Positions 36,084 through 49,896 of a stretch of 64,000 bases of DNA are shown in pieces. The translations under genes were made by a program, and so were the position numbers. This DNA comes from Felis catus (Eukaryota), in assembly GCF_018350175.1 (NCBI RefSeq), contig NC_058368.1, positions 182,158,001 through 182,222,000 of the forward strand, read 5' to 3'. The notes under the pieces are model-generated. The model had not been told where the DNA came from and made no database searches. It worked only from the letters and a program-made list of their open reading frames with translations. Position 1 is the first letter of the stretch. Each line of letters opens with the position of its first letter.

Positions 36084-38062
36084 AGCATTTCTGAATTGTT
36101 TCTCTGTGTAGTTTTCTCTTCTTTTCTTGTTCCTTTAAACTAGAGACTGATAAATCCTGTACAACAGTACAGCAAAATTTCACTATATTATGATGAAAGA
36201 GAATCGAGAGCATTTTTGTCTGAGTGATGAAGGAGCAGGCAATGTGTAATTTATAGCAAAATAAAAGTGATACTGTATTATACTATAAAGCTGTCAATTG
36301 GATTATCACTGAATAAGCTGTTCAATGTTTACTTGTACGTAGCTGATATGTTGAACAAGCAGGACTTGTAGAGTGTAATCAGAAAACAACTTTATTTTTT
36401 CTCCTCACTGCTTCTTCAAATCCCTTTCAGGCAACCAGTTCTTCTGCACATAGAAGAAATCTTGGGCAGATCTCAGAGCTTAGCCCCTTCCTTTGACCGA
36501 ATAAACCATTTTTCATTCAACCCCAGCCATAAAAATAGTCCTCCATTTAGTTATGCTTTGTCCACTCTGTTGTATTCATCACACAAACTCAAAAGGTCAT
36601 TCAAAGTTAAAAGTTTCTTCAAGTGGACCCTCCCATACTAGCTCCCACCTTCGTCTGCCTGTCTCCTATACTAGGATGGGGTCATGTGACTGGCTTCTCA
36701 ATTTTTCTGCCCTGACTACTACTGCTCCTCTTCCCTCGTTCTCTAGTCTGCATATGGCTTCTCCTGGGTTGAAACAGAGGGAGGAGAGGATGATGACCAA
36801 AAAAAAAAAAAAAAAACAAAACAAAAAAAAAACTTTCTGGGTTGACATTGTATAATGAGATGCTGGTTTATCTAGAGGTGGCAGATATTTAAAGGTAATT
36901 TTTCCCCCATGTATGCCCCTTTTCCCTCCTGGGAGATGTCCTCAACATTCCTCTTACTTGGATGGTACCTCTCCTTCAGTTGGTCATTTACCATTTCTCC
37001 TCAGTTCTGCACCTCATTATGCACATTCAGCTTCTTCTACTGAGGTCAGTTGTTACTGGGATCAAGCTCTCTATCTAGGAAAGCAGCCTTAAGGCAATAT
37101 TCCCACCATGGGTGATGTCATGTAGTTACCTTTGACCAGCATTTAGGGACAGAGTGGTTTCTTCCAAATACAGTTCTGTTCTCTACTGCCATAAGACAGT
37201 TCAGGCCTCTGTGGTAGCCTTTTTGTTCAGGAGCTAATCAGACACTATCTACCATTCCCACTGAACTTCAAGAGCCACATCTCTAGGATCTCCCTGGGGT
37301 CTCTATATGGCCATTTTAACTAGGTTTGAGAGAAAGTTAAAACCACCAATCCATTATCCACCATGAGTAAACCTTTCAAGAAACTGTTTGTATTTCCAAC
37401 CCATTGGCCCTCCAAATTAAAACTTTTTATAAGATTGGCAAAACTAGTTTTTAGCCTGTCTCTTTCTTTGTAAGTCCTGCTTGTATAGTCTAGCCCCTCC
37501 CTTTGGAATACAGACAGTTGGCACTTACTTTCTTAGAGCTGTGTTTAAATCTGCATCACATTCAGCAGTCTATTGATGTGAATCTCTTCCACTCAAAACA
37601 GTTTCACCAAATGTCATAGCATTTTTCACGTTAAAAATTATATTCTATAGCTAAGTTAGTTATAGTTGTCTATACAGGTGATAGTTAGGCATAAGTAAGT
37701 AGTTAATTTTATCCTGATTGTATACATTTAATGTTTAGATTTAATTTTTCAGTCAACTAATCTGCTTGACAGCTGCCTGCTGAGTACAATTACATATCTC
37801 TGAAAGAATAAATGAACTAAGTAAATGTAGACTGTGAGGAAATTTCCCAAAGGAAAAGTCCCCATGAAATAGGTGCCTCCCAGTGTGAGACACTCAGTCA
37901 CTAACCCCAGGACAATAGATCTTGAAAACGCTACTTTGCTCTGGCCTGACTAAATTTAAGTGGAGAAGTTTGCTAAGAATTTAGCTCCAGGAATAAGCAA
38001 AACCAAGTGGACTACTGATTACTATATCAGAAAGAAAGTTAACACACCTCGTTCCAATAGCA

Positions 38063-38278
38063 CAGTGTTCCTCAATCCAGGATGATTTTGTCCCGTAGGT
38101 GATATTCTGGCACTGTCTAGAGACATTTTTTAAATGTCATAACCACAAGGGGTGTGTGGCTGTATCTAGTAGGTACAGGCTGGGATGCTGCTAAATATAC
38201 TACAATGCACAGGACAGCTCTCACAACAAAGAACTACCTGTTCTAAAATGTCAATAATGTTGAGGTGGAGAAGCCCTC
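38063..38278 (+). mobile_element. MER20-like hAT-Charlie relic
   Basis: cagtgttcctcaa...gggatgctgctaaatatactacaatgcacaggacagc...aaaatgtcaataatgttgaggtggagaagccct. Confidence 0.88.
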
Positions 38279-38841
38279 CTTTACATGAAGAACACCATAA
38301 ACTACGAACAAAGTGTAATGAATATAAAAACATAGTAAATTTCAAACCTTTAACACCCTCCTTTCTTTCACTTATTCCACTAGGAAAGAACCTTACAGAA
38401 TGTGTGATCTCCTGGTAAGTGCAAAAGTAAATTCAAGGGAGCCTTGAGCCCCTGCTTCCCCTCTTTAATCAGTGGAAGAACCCAAGCACAGTGAGTTTCA
38501 AAATGGTAGTTTGAGTATTCTCCAAAAGAGTTTTGGAAAACATCTTCACAAATTTTTAAATTGATATCTAAATTTTTAATTGTCATTGTTTAGAGTTACA
38601 CATTATGCACTTTCCAGAAGTGAAGCATATTACATATGTGCTTTAAATATCTATGTGTCAAAAGGTTTACAGCTTCAGATTTAGTTCAATCAACTTAATA
38701 ATCTAATTAGCAAAGTATATTCTCATTGTCAAACTAGTCCTTCACACTCAATGTACTTTCAATCAGAAAAAAAAAGTCTGATTTTAGTTTTTAATTACAA
38801 AAATTATAATATGTATTCTAGTGCTAATTTTTTCACCTATT

Positions 38842-39068
38842 TTTAAAGCTTATTTATTTATTTATTTATTTATTTATGTTTTGAGAGAGAGAGAGAGAGG
38901 GAGAGAATGCTCACCAGGAGCACAGAGATGGAGAGAGAGAGAATCCCAAGCAGGCTCTGTGCTGTCAGTGCAGAGCCAGATGTGAGGCTCAAACCCACAA
39001 ACTATGAGATCATGACCTGAGCTGAAATCAAGAGTCACATGCTTAACCAACTGAGCCACCCAAGTGCC
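38842..39068 (-). mobile_element. Can-SINE
   Basis: Head, (GA)n, (TTTA)n tail; TSD AATTTTTTCACYTATT. Confidence 0.95.
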
Positions 39069-39259
39069 AATTTTTTCACTTATTATTACTTTATATAAAT
39101 TGAAAAAAAAGAAAAGAAAGAAGAAAAAGATGAAAGGAAGGAAGAAAGTTAGTTTGCTACTAGAATGTAAGTTCCAAAAGGGCAGGAATATTTTACTGTG
39201 CCTTACTGATATATTTGTTGAACAATAGGCAAAATAGGTGCTTTAGTTTTAACACTTAA

Positions 39260-39410
39260 TGGAAAGAGAGAGTATAGATAGAAAAATAATTGATAGATGA
39301 TAGATCAATAGATAGAAAATGGATAGGTAGATGATAGAGACAGAAAGACAAAGACAAGGAGAGAGAGAGGAGAAAGAGAGGAGGAGAGAAAGACATGTAG
39401 AGATAGGCAC
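39260..39410. repeat. Degenerate (GATA)n/(GA)n low-complexity tract
   Basis: Direct observation. Confidence 0.85.
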
Positions 39411-40420
39411 TGAGCTCCACCAAGAGTTCATAGGATAAAATAAAATCCCTGATTCACATCACAGAATCTCTGCATTTTCAAATTATCCCTGGAAGTATTT
39501 ATTACCTAGGCCAATACCTCATACCGAGCTTTGGACAGGGTGAGAGTTCACTTTCTTTAGTACAGAAAGAAATAAGCACTATGCAGGGGGAGATGTAGAA
39601 AAGAACTGATGACCATAGACAGTTTCTCTCATGGTTAAGAAAGTGAATTGCTTTAAAGCTATTCATGCACATGTCAGCTAAAGAGTGGGGATGGCATGTT
39701 AATGATGAAAGTGAGGCATGCCAATAGGCCTGTAGAGCAAAATGGGGGAGCTGGGAATCCAGGACTTGGTCACATCAGTGACCTAAAGCCAGGGCAATGT
39801 GTAGTTCTAGAGGAACAAAGAGGCATGCCCAGAGAGCATAGAGCCTAATGTAATTGTACAGAGCAGAAGACCAGACAAAGTGGGGTATAAAGTAGCCTCT
39901 TGTTTCTTTTGCATATGATTTATTTTTCCTTATAGAAGTTGTCTGTCCTTGACATGATATTAAATATTTATTTGTTTAATTGTTTTCCACCAGTAAACGA
40001 TGTGAAGGTGGGCTGTTTCTCTCTCTCTCTGTGTTTTTTTCTTCTTGTTTTTCTTTTTTACAGCTATATCCCAAGTGCATGGGATAGCATCAAGCAAATA
40101 GAAGGTGCTTAAACAGTATGTTTTGGATACACGCTGGACATGATACTTTGGAAATAGTTGTACCCAGGTTTAAAGAAGCAAAATGGGCCTCTGTCTTGTC
40201 CTCCAGTGATCTTGGGTTTGTTATTGAGCCTCCTTGGGTTCTTGATTTCTTCTAGATAAGGAGGTGGAGGTCGACATTCACTAAGATCTCTTCCAGTTAT
40301 GTTTTCTGATTCTATCACAGATAGTTTTCTGAAAATTTTCATAGATATTCATGTTCGTATGTGTGTATATATGTGTTTTCTGAAGAGTAAAATTCAGAAA
40401 ACAGTAATGTAATGCCTTTT

Positions 40421-40593
40421 AAAAATTATTTATTTTTGAGACAGTGTAAGTGGGGGAGGGGCAGATTGAGGGGGACAGTGGATCCGAAGCAGGCTGGGCG
40501 CTGACAGGCTGACAGCAGCAATCTCAAACACAAACCACTAGATCATGGCCTGAACTGAAGTTGTATGCTCAAGTGACAGCCACCCAGCTATCC
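40421..40593 (-). mobile_element. Can-SINE (older, diverged)
   Basis: ggggaggggcaga...gatccgaagcaggct...cagccacccagc. Confidence 0.88.
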
Positions 40594-40611
40594 CAGTAAG
40601 GCCATACATTT

Positions 40612-40835
40612 AAAAAAAATTTTTTTTTTAATGTTTACTTTTGAGAGAGAGAGAGACAGAGCATGACATGAGCGGGAGAGGAGCAGAGAGAGTGAGGGAG
40701 ACACAGAATCCCAAGCAGGCTCCAGGCTCTGAGCTGTCAGCACAGAGCCCAATGTGGGGCTTGAACTCACTAAACTGCAAGATAATGACCTGAGCCAAAG
40801 TCAGACACTTAACAGACTGAGCCACCTAGGTGTCC
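40612..40835 (-). mobile_element. Can-SINE
   Basis: Full body; head gactgagccacctaggtgtccc. Confidence 0.95.
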
Positions 40836-40881
40836 CAGTAATGCTATGCATTTTTTAAATGAGGAAAGCACTGTAGCCTCA

Positions 40882-41068
40882 GGGCACCTGGGTAGCTTAG
40901 TCAGTTGAGAATCCACCTCTTGATCATGGGATCAAGCCCGGAGTCAAGCTCTGTGCTGAACGTGGAGCCTGCTTGGGATTCTCTCTCCCTCTGTCCCCTC
41001 CTGACTCTTGCACTCTCTCTCTCAAAAGTAAACATAAAAGAGAAAAAAATAGAAAAAAAATATCTTTA
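40882..41068 (+). mobile_element. Can-SINE
   Basis: gggcacctgggtagcttagtcag head. TSD AAATGAGGAAAGCA at 40857 and 41071. Confidence 0.93.
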
Positions 41069-41669
41069 AGAAATGAGGAAAGCATTATAGGCTGAAGGGA
41101 TAGAAGGCAGAAGGCATAAAGAAAGATTGTAGGTAAAATATTGGACTTCATTCAGTGGAGGAGTGAGTTCTTGCCATAAACAAAGCTTAAATAAGAGACA
41201 AATATTAGGACAGATTTTGTAAAAATGGTAGCTTTTATGTGGTGAGTACATGGAGAACTTTCATATTCTACATCTTTTCTATTATTAGTATTGCTATTTT
41301 GAGCATATGATTATCCTCTAACAATAACAACACTTAAAATATTGAAGCCAAAAGGCCTTGTTTTCAGAGATATATAAATAATTGGTAACCTCACTAATAT
41401 CAAGCAGATAAGCAATTTTTGAGGTAAATTATCAAATATAAAAACAGGTTTGTTTAAACTTAAGTTTTGAAAGGAAATAATTTTTTGGGGGGAAGACATT
41501 TCTTAAGAACAGAAATGATCAATTAATCCAAAATCTTCAAGAATCCCAGCAATTCTCTGGGTATATACATAGAGAACAGGTGCCATATACAAGTAAAAAG
41601 AGTACTTACAATACTTAGTACATATAAAACTAAAGTACTCAGTAGTAGTTATGTTTCAGTGAGAAAAAC

Positions 41670-41810
41670 ATCATTTCACTTAATTCTTTTAACAAATCCA
41701 TGACAGAAACACTATTAGTTTCCCCATTAAGCAGATGTAGAAACTAAAGTTGAGGAAAACGTCCATAACAATCTCAAGGTCACATGTTTAGTAGCAAAAA
41801 AGCTGGGGCA
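41670..41810 (-). mobile_element. MIR fragment
   Basis: ccccattaagcagatgtagaaacta...caaggtcaca. Confidence 0.7.
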
Positions 41811-42469
41811 CTTGAGTGACATTTTTTATACGACATTCTATCTAAAAGCTTACCAAATTGACTAGAATGTGTCATAAGTTTTGCTGTCTGGACAAGGTAG
41901 GCTTCCTCTTAGGAAGGCTTATCCGAGGTGCCAAAACACCTAGAGTGGTTTAAGCCAGGCAAACTCTTTGATTGATAGGAAATCACAACCATTGTTTGCC
42001 GGCTTACTTTACTTTTAATGTACATTTGTGCAAGAGTGCAGAAATGAAAGCCTCGCCAGGCATAGATATGCTTCAAAATCAATGCAAAAGCAAAAGGGGT
42101 TTGAAAAAGATTCTATAGTGGCAACAGAAGCTAGTGCCCTGTCCACTTTCCATTCTAATGTTTTTCAAAAGTTTAAAAGTGGCTTGTTAACTGTGTGTGT
42201 GTGTGTGTGTTTTTTTTTTTAATATACGATTTGAAGGTGTTTGTCATTTCTAAATAACATGATTGGAGTCGATGTTTTCTCTTATTGAGATGTCAGTTGG
42301 AAAACAAAAATTGAGATGTCAGTAAGAAATAATCAATAAAATTAATCATTATGACATTTACTAACATTTAGATATCATTATCTATTCTTTTTAATTGTGC
42401 TAACATTTTATTAATTAAAGGACACACATAAGCATAATTGTTAACAGAACTTTAATAATGGTTTACCTT

Positions 42470-42691
42470 ATTTATTTTTAAAAATTTTGTTTTATTTTTG
42501 AGAGAGAGAGAGAGAGAGACAGGCATGAGTGGGGGAGGGGCAGAGAGAGAGGGAGACATAGAATCCGAAGCAGGCTCCAGGCTCCGGAGCTGTCAGCAGA
42601 GAGCCCGATATGGGGCTCGAACTCAGGAATCACGAGTTCATGACCTGAGCCGAAGTTGGACACTTAACCGACTCAGCCACCCAGGCACCCC
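42470..42691 (-). mobile_element. Can-SINE
   Basis: cagccacccaggcacccc head, (GA)n. Confidence 0.95.
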
Positions 42692-43384
42692 AATTATGTT
42701 TTATTTTTGATAACTAAACATCATCCATTCTGTTCCATGATTTTATCTGCTTTTCCCTAACATGAAGAAGAACTTCATTTGGGTGGTCTTCTGTCTGTAG
42801 TTAATAGAAGTGAAACATTAAATATTTCATAGAGAAGAATATATATTTTCCACAGAACTCTAAAAATGCATGAGGCTTCTACGCATTGCAACCTAAATGT
42901 GGAAACTCATGTGATTTAATCTCCCATTGGAGCTCACTCTGTCCACCAGATAGCACCTAAAAAGGAACTCTAACTTTCCTTTGCTTCTCTCAAAGAATAC
43001 TGAAGTTTCCATACCAGTTCCTCTAGAAACACTTCCCTCCAGTGTCTCAGTCTTTCATACCTCATACCTATTCTAAAGTCCTTCAGATTCTGAAATATCA
43101 AACTCTCTTAACTCAAGTCCAGTCTACTAGTAATTTTTCTCCTTTTTTTCTCCTCTCCACTGCAGTTAGAATTAATCTTTACAGAAGCATTTTCCCTCTC
43201 TCCTCATACTTCTGAAAGTTCTTCCTACCTCCCCCCCCATTCTCCTAATTTTGAATCACAAAAGGTTTTGGAGCTGCATAGACAAATATCTTGCTTTAGT
43301 GGGGAGGGGTGCAGCAAGAGGAGAGGGGAAGATTGTTACTACTCAAATAATAATATATCTTATTTCTTTCCATGAGTAATAAGG

Positions 43385-43870
43385 GCTGGGGTCCCAGACT
43401 TTCTTGGTAAATTATTCTTGGCCTTGCAGTAACAATTAGTTCCCAGCTTCCTGTTTCTTACAAAGCAATATGAACCAATCTCACCATGTCCTCAGGGATA
43501 CTAGCCCCATTTGGGCACTGTTCATTCTTCCTCTAAGGCTTGACTCTGAGCTCTATGAGACCCCAAGGAAAGAGCAGCAGGGGTGGGCAGAAGTGGGCAG
43601 AACTACCCCACATGTGTCTGAGTCCCAGTTTTGCAGTCTTGTTTCCAATTTTTCCAGTTTTGATACACCCAACTAACTACTTTCTTTGTTCCATCAACTC
43701 ATGAGATGGTAGCTACATCTTGTACTTAGGATCTCTGGATTACCTCAGTGGTCCTTTTGTGTTGACTTAGTCCTCTAACATCTGCATAGATTGAACTAAT
43801 TCTTTCTATTAAATTCCCCCCATAGAAATATCTAGTGTGGTTTCTGGCTTCTTCACTGGAGCTGGTTGGA
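43385..43870 (+). mobile_element. Old ERVL-type solo LTR (LTR33/LTR16-like)
   Basis: 3' end ctattaaattcccc..gaaatatctagtgtggtttctggcttc is typical of ERVL LTRs; family uncertain. Confidence 0.5.
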
Positions 43871-44107
43871 AACAGGGCTGGAGGATGGTAAAAGTATTAA
43901 TCACTGGACTATTACAGGAAAAGCTTCACACTCTATATGTGAAGGAGAAACACTACATATTTCAAAGCGAAATTCAAGGCAGAATCTTGATAATTACTTT
44001 TGAAAACAGCTACACAATGCTGAATTCAGATTAAGATATTTTAAGTAAAAAATATCACTTTACTATATATTTCTAATTTTAAGAATGCTTTAAAAGTTAA
44101 TACTGTT

Positions 44108-44321
44108 GGGATGCCTGGATGACTGTTGGTTAAGTGTCTGACTTTGGCTCAGGTCATGATCTCACATTCATGGGTTTGAGCCCTGTGTCAGGCTCTGCTC
44201 AGAGCTCAGAGCCTGGAGCCTACTTTGGATTCTGTGTCTCCCTCTCTGTATGCCCCTCCCCTGCTTGCTCTCTCTCTCTCTTTCGCTCTCTCTCTCAAAA
44301 ATAAATAAACACTAAAAAAAT
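44108..44321 (+). mobile_element. Can-SINE
   Basis: Head, (CT)n, aaaataaataaac tail; TSD GTTAATAYTGT. Confidence 0.95.
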
Positions 44322-45649
44322 GTTAATATTGTACTGTTGTTCATTATATAACTACATGTTCTTGAAATATATCCAATTTTATGCAAAAACCTTATAACTT
44401 GTATATAGATTCCCATAATTGAGTCCCAGAGACTCCTCAGAGAGAAACTGAAGGTAAACCATTTCTTCATATTTTTGCATCTCTTTGAGGATCAGTAATT
44501 CTTTAGGTCTTCTGAAAATTTAATTAGACAGTTAATAGCAACTAAATCTATATTGTTTTGCCCCTTACCTCCACAAAACCAAATAATGTGTAGCAAATGA
44601 TTCCCCTTTTATAAGTGTTTAATTAAAATGATACTTTCACTTTATGTTGAATAGAATTTTATTATGCACCAAGTACTTTTGTATCTCTTACTACCCATCT
44701 TCTTATCCAAGACTATAAATTGGATATTTCCTACATTTTCCTTCAGAAAATCTTAAACTCAGAAGGATTTAAGAATTTACCCAATGATCTCAAGTAAAAG
44801 GTGGTACCTGATCTTACACTTATGTATCAGAACTTTCTATCTACGTACTACTTTGTTTTGTTCCATTGTTGACTTGATTCTTCCACAGAAAGTGTGTTGA
44901 ACATAGGACTCTCAGGATGGCTCAACTTTGTTGAAAATCCAAAAATTAACAATGTTGAAAAACACATAATCGCAATGATTGTGCGGTTCGTGTGTGGGTG
45001 TGTGTGCATGTGTGTGTTTTCCTCTGTTTTACAGAAGGTTTATCAGAAACAGGGCTCTAAGAAACCAAATGGAAGGTATAATTACCTTCAGGGATATTTT
45101 ATTATTAAAAGGTATAATGAGAGGTACTATAAGAGTAGATTAAACTATTAGGGAACCTGCCACAAGTGACTTTGTAATTTGAAAGATCATTTATCATTTT
45201 CAATCATGACTTTCAGTTCATTTCTCTCAGTGATTTTTCAAAATACTCTAAAAATTCTCATTTTTTAGATTGCTAAATAGATAAATTGCTATTGTTTTTC
45301 AGCAGAGAAAACAAAGGTACATTCTGTAAATAATCTAGTTATATATGTACCATTTGAATTTACAACGTCCTTAAAATTTATCTTTATAAGAAGTTATTGG
45401 ATACTCACTTCTTCTTACTTTAGAAATCCATTTTTGTGGCCTGAATTTACTTAACCTCATGGTCTTTTAAAATTTTCCAGAAAAATAGATATAAACCATT
45501 GATAGTTCTTGATTAAAAAGTAAACCCAAAATTAGCAAATAATTTTGACCTATTGATAAATATTTAAATGTATTTATCTTCACGTATGTGCACATGCAAT
45601 GTTTTGACAGAAGCTGGTAATTTCCTACTCAAAGGCAACTTATCACTAC

Positions 45650-46070
45650 TTCCTTATTAGAGAGTACCCTATATTGCTGACAGTAGCAACATATCTAGCT
45701 AAAAATTGTATTTCCAACTCTCTTTACACATGGGATGGACAATAATGTGCAAACAACAACCATTTGTTGAAGCTTCCTAAAATCACCTCTTTTATGACAG
45801 CTTACTCAAATGGATGGTTTTTAAAATTTTACACATCTGTTTTCCTCCTTTTATTCTGACTCATTGATGTGGATGGAGATGTGATGACTGGTGCTACAGT
45901 ATCCACATTGTGTGTGTATAGTAAGCTTAAGGAAGAAAGCCATATTCTAAAAAGAGCAAAGCAGATTAACAGAAGGATCTTAGGCCACTGATTATACAAG
46001 GAGCTGCCATAATCCCCTTAACTGCCTGTCGGGCATTTTTGTTGTTTGTAAGAGAAGCCCTATAATTTTC
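45650..46070 (+). mobile_element. Old MaLR LTR (MLT1I/J-like)
   Basis: gtgatgactggtgctacagtatccacattg...agaaggatcttagg...ggagctgccat. Confidence 0.6.
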
Positions 46071-46129
46071 GGATATTTTACTATCAACCACACACAATTC
46101 GCTGATTAACATACAAAGGTTCTAAGACA

Positions 46130-46690
46130 AAGAGTGCTCTTTTGCATTTCTGGTGAGACTTACAGTGCTGTACAGGTTGAAGGATAAATTCACATGCAGC
46201 ATCAGAAGCTATAAATATATACACATTTTGATTTAGAAATTTCACATCTAGTAATTCATCTAAAAGAAATAAAATTGAGTGTAATATGGTACCTAGAGTG
46301 GTACTCAACCCAATATTACTTACATTTGTTGGAATACTTGAACCAGTGTAAATGCTCAATAAAAATTACAATAATTACGGAAATTATATAAAATTGTACA
46401 CTATTTAGACACTAAAATGATTTGTGTAATATTTATAACATTGTGGACATTCACATTACATCCTACATCTAATTAAAATACTTTAAGTGTACAAGCTGTA
46501 CATTATGATACTGACAATGTAATCCATAAAAAGTCACACATATGCAGAGAAAGCTATCTACCTGGACATATGCCCCCAAACTGACAGTAGTTATCTATGG
46601 GTGTTTCAGTATTGAGTAATTTATATGTAAATTTATCTTAAAAATTATAACAAACATCTATCCCTTATTTATTAAGAAACACTATGTTAG
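46130..46690 (+). mobile_element. Ancient L1 (L1ME-like) 3' remnant
   Basis: ttttgatttagaaatttcacatctagtaattcatctaaa...aaactgacagtagttatct. Confidence 0.6.
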
Positions 46691-47299
46691 AAAAATGAAT
46701 TAAAAAGTTTGGTGTTGCTGAAGTTGAAGCATGACTAGAAAGAGGTAGGTTAGAGAATTGAAGTCACTATAATTCTTCTGAAGATTTCTAATAAATATGT
46801 AAGCTGCCTCAGTTTTTGTCAGTATAAATTCAGAGGAGATGTGTGAAAATTTCCAGGTGGAACGAAGACAAATTTCTTTGACTTCTTTTCAGCAGGGATT
46901 TATACAGCACAACTATACTAACTTACCATTACAGGTAGACAGCATGTGGAAATAGTAGATATATTCTTTTTTTCTTATTGAAACTTATGGTGCCTCAACT
47001 CTATGAAACCCTTGAGGAAATAATTTGTGTCTCACTCAGTCTTTATCCCCACTGTCTGGCACACAATACTCTTTGGATATATGACAGTTGATTGTGTATG
47101 TAATTGTGCCCACCTTCGTTTGGTCCCAGAGTGTTGGAAGCATCTTTCTTTGATATATACTTTTAAGGAAAATTACCTTATTGCTCAGCCACACCATAGC
47201 AACTTTGGTAGACATAAAACATAAGCAGAAAAATTATACATCTGAACCATGGAGCTATTTATGTAGAAAGTTAGTGAAATATTGTGTTAAACATTAATG

Positions 47300-47890
47300 C
47301 AGTCTAACAAGTATGTCTGGCTCTTAACCACTTCTAGATGTATGATAGGAAAGCATATATTTGACCCTGTATTGTTGGGTAGGGCCATAAGATTAAGTCC
47401 AGCTAATGAGTAGTGAACTAAAGTGATTTGCTAAGCATTTACTTGCTTCCCAAAGTCTCTTGAAAGCCCTCTCTCTCTATATTCACTTTGGGATGTCAAC
47501 CAACAGCTTTCAAGATACTAGTTGCTCAGTCACTTAGAGCCCTAAGTGATTGCAGTGAGCAGATCTTCAACGAATGTATAGCGTGATCAAGAAATAAATC
47601 TTTGTTATTTTTTAAGTTTATTTAATTTTAGAGAGTGCAAGAGAAAGTGTGCAAGAGGGGAAGGGGCAGAGAGGGAGAGAGATAGAACCTTAAGTAGGCT
47701 CAACACTCAGTGCAGAGCCTGAGGCAGGGCTTCATCTCATGACTGCAAGATTAGGACCTGAGCTGATACTGATATCAAGAGTTGGACGTTCAAATGACTG
47801 AGCCACCCACACACCCCTAAATCTTTGTTATTTTAAGTTACTGATATTTTGGAGTAATTTGTCTGTAGGATAAATTAGACTGTTTTGAGA
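47300..47890 (+). mobile_element. Old MaLR LTR (MLT1G/H-like) split by a SINE
   Basis: gggccataagattaagtccagctaatga...gatcaagaaataaatctttgttatttt[SINE]aagttactgatattttggagtaatttgt. Confidence 0.7.
47613..47817 (-). mobile_element. Can-SINE
   Basis: TSD TAAATCTTTGTTATTTT at 47595 and 47818. Confidence 0.95.
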
Positions 47891-48643
47891 TATATATGGA
47901 ATATTTCTAAATTATATCTTTGGATTTAGTAGTGACAGGGAATTCCATTATATTATTATAAAATGGCTTTATTTTTGAAGGAAAAAATATATGTACACAT
48001 GTATATATACATATACATATATATCATATTGGAATAAATTCAGACAATATCTAAAAGCATGTGTGTGCAAATACACACACATATACTCAGACACACAATT
48101 TTTTAGAAAAATCAACTTGGATCCCACCATCCAGGAACAGTTTATACTAGTTTTATGTAAGTGCAATTTGAAGTATCCCTTTGTTCATAATTACAAATGG
48201 AAAGATTAACAGGTAGACAGTAACATATAGACACAAATAATTTCAAAAAATGAAATTACAGAAAGTATTGTATGAGTTTACTTGAATACAAAAAGAAAAA
48301 GCAAGAAATAAGATTTTAAAAAGTGTTGACTGTTAGGAAAAGTGTTTTTTTTAAACCAGAGATTCTATTTCCCTTTTGAATGCATTGAATATATTTGATG
48401 ATATTAAAGAAAGACTAATTTTTAGTTATGAATGGTACATATGGTTATGCTAACAAAAAGGGTTTTTAATTTTAGACTTACATATTGAAATTATTAATAG
48501 TTAAATTAAGTCAAGTCTGCCATTATCCAAATTAATTTGAAAAAGGATATGAATGGAGTACATGGGGGTGAAATTGCTTATAGGTGGATGAACTTGGCAC
48601 TGAGTAAAGGGCATAGGTAGATTCATTATGGTCGTCTACTTTT

Positions 48644-48747
48644 TTTTTTTTTCCTAAGACTTCCTTTTCAGAGCAGTTTTAGGTTCACAGCAAAATTGAA
48701 AGGTGCAAAGATTTCCCATATACCCCCGTCCCCAAACATACGGGCTA
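48644..48747 (-). mobile_element. Very short L1 3' terminus (L1MC1-like or carnivore L1)
   Basis: Poly-T then agagcagttttaggttcacagcaaaattga...ttcccatatacccc; flanked by TCTACTTTT repeats. Confidence 0.75.
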
Positions 48748-49699
48748 TCTACTTTTATTTAAATATGCAATTCCCTGTAACATAAAATTACATTTAAAAA
48801 AGAAATTTTAGATTCTAGAATGTAAGCTTTTTCAAACAAGTTGGCACCCACTAAAGGGCCTCTTTTGAACACATGCTTGACAGGTAGCTCAAAAGTAAGG
48901 TGAATGAAGCCTTTGTGGAAGTGGACAGATGTCCATTATGAATTGGTATAGCGGGTGTTGAAACCAGACTCATTTGTGCCCACAGCCCTCCAAGTTCCAT
49001 AAGCAAGTAATAATACTCCAAACCCAATTATCATGCCTTCTGTCCTGCTGGCTGACCGTTGGATTGATATTAGAGCAAAGGTATCAAAATTAAACAAAAC
49101 AGGGATTTCATGTAAAAAAGGGATTTCACTCCATCTTTGTGATAAGGTATATTATCATCATTATAAAAGGTTTTAACTAAGTGAGGCATTTTATATTACC
49201 TGTAAAATACATTTTAAAGTGTTAACCTTGAGAAGAATAACCCTGATTAATTATAGTTCCCAATAATTAATTCAGTCTTTTAAATTTTTTATCCAATTAT
49301 AATTCTTCTTCCTTGCTGGTTTCCACTGTAATCACTCATGTTCTATAAGAATAAAATCCTCAGAAATGGACCTAATTCGGCAACCTGAATATAGAAGCAC
49401 TAATTATAAAAGTAAACTGTATAGAATGTCAAAAATAATTTGACAGATTTTTTTTCCCTGTGACAACTTAAGAAATTAATAGGTTCAACTCAAATGTATC
49501 CCTTTTAAAGATACTCTCATTTTTGCATACATCTCTTCAGAGCTGCGAGGAGATAAGCTCTTTGATGCTGTTAGGTTTTTTTTCTTTTATAATCCCCCAA
49601 GTAATAAACACTAAAAAAACAAATAAACAAACCAAACCAAACCAAAAACCACACATTCATGCACAACCAAAACAAAGAAAATAATAAAGAAAATAAATA

Positions 49700-49896
49700 T
49701 TTTATAATTATATATGTATGTTTATATGTTATATATTTTATATGTTGTATATATTATATATAATATAATGTATATCATGTATACTGTAATTTGTATACTA
49801 TATATCGTATATAGTATATATTATATATCACACACAGTATATGATATATTATATACTGTATATTATATTCAGTGTGTGTGTGTGTGTGTGTGTGTA
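49700..49896. repeat. Degenerate (TA)n tract plus (TG)n
   Basis: Direct observation. Confidence 0.93.

Noticed and set aside
35920..36213. Poly-Arg and poly-Pro/Ser ORFs
   Set aside because: Translations of the GAA/GGA microsatellite.
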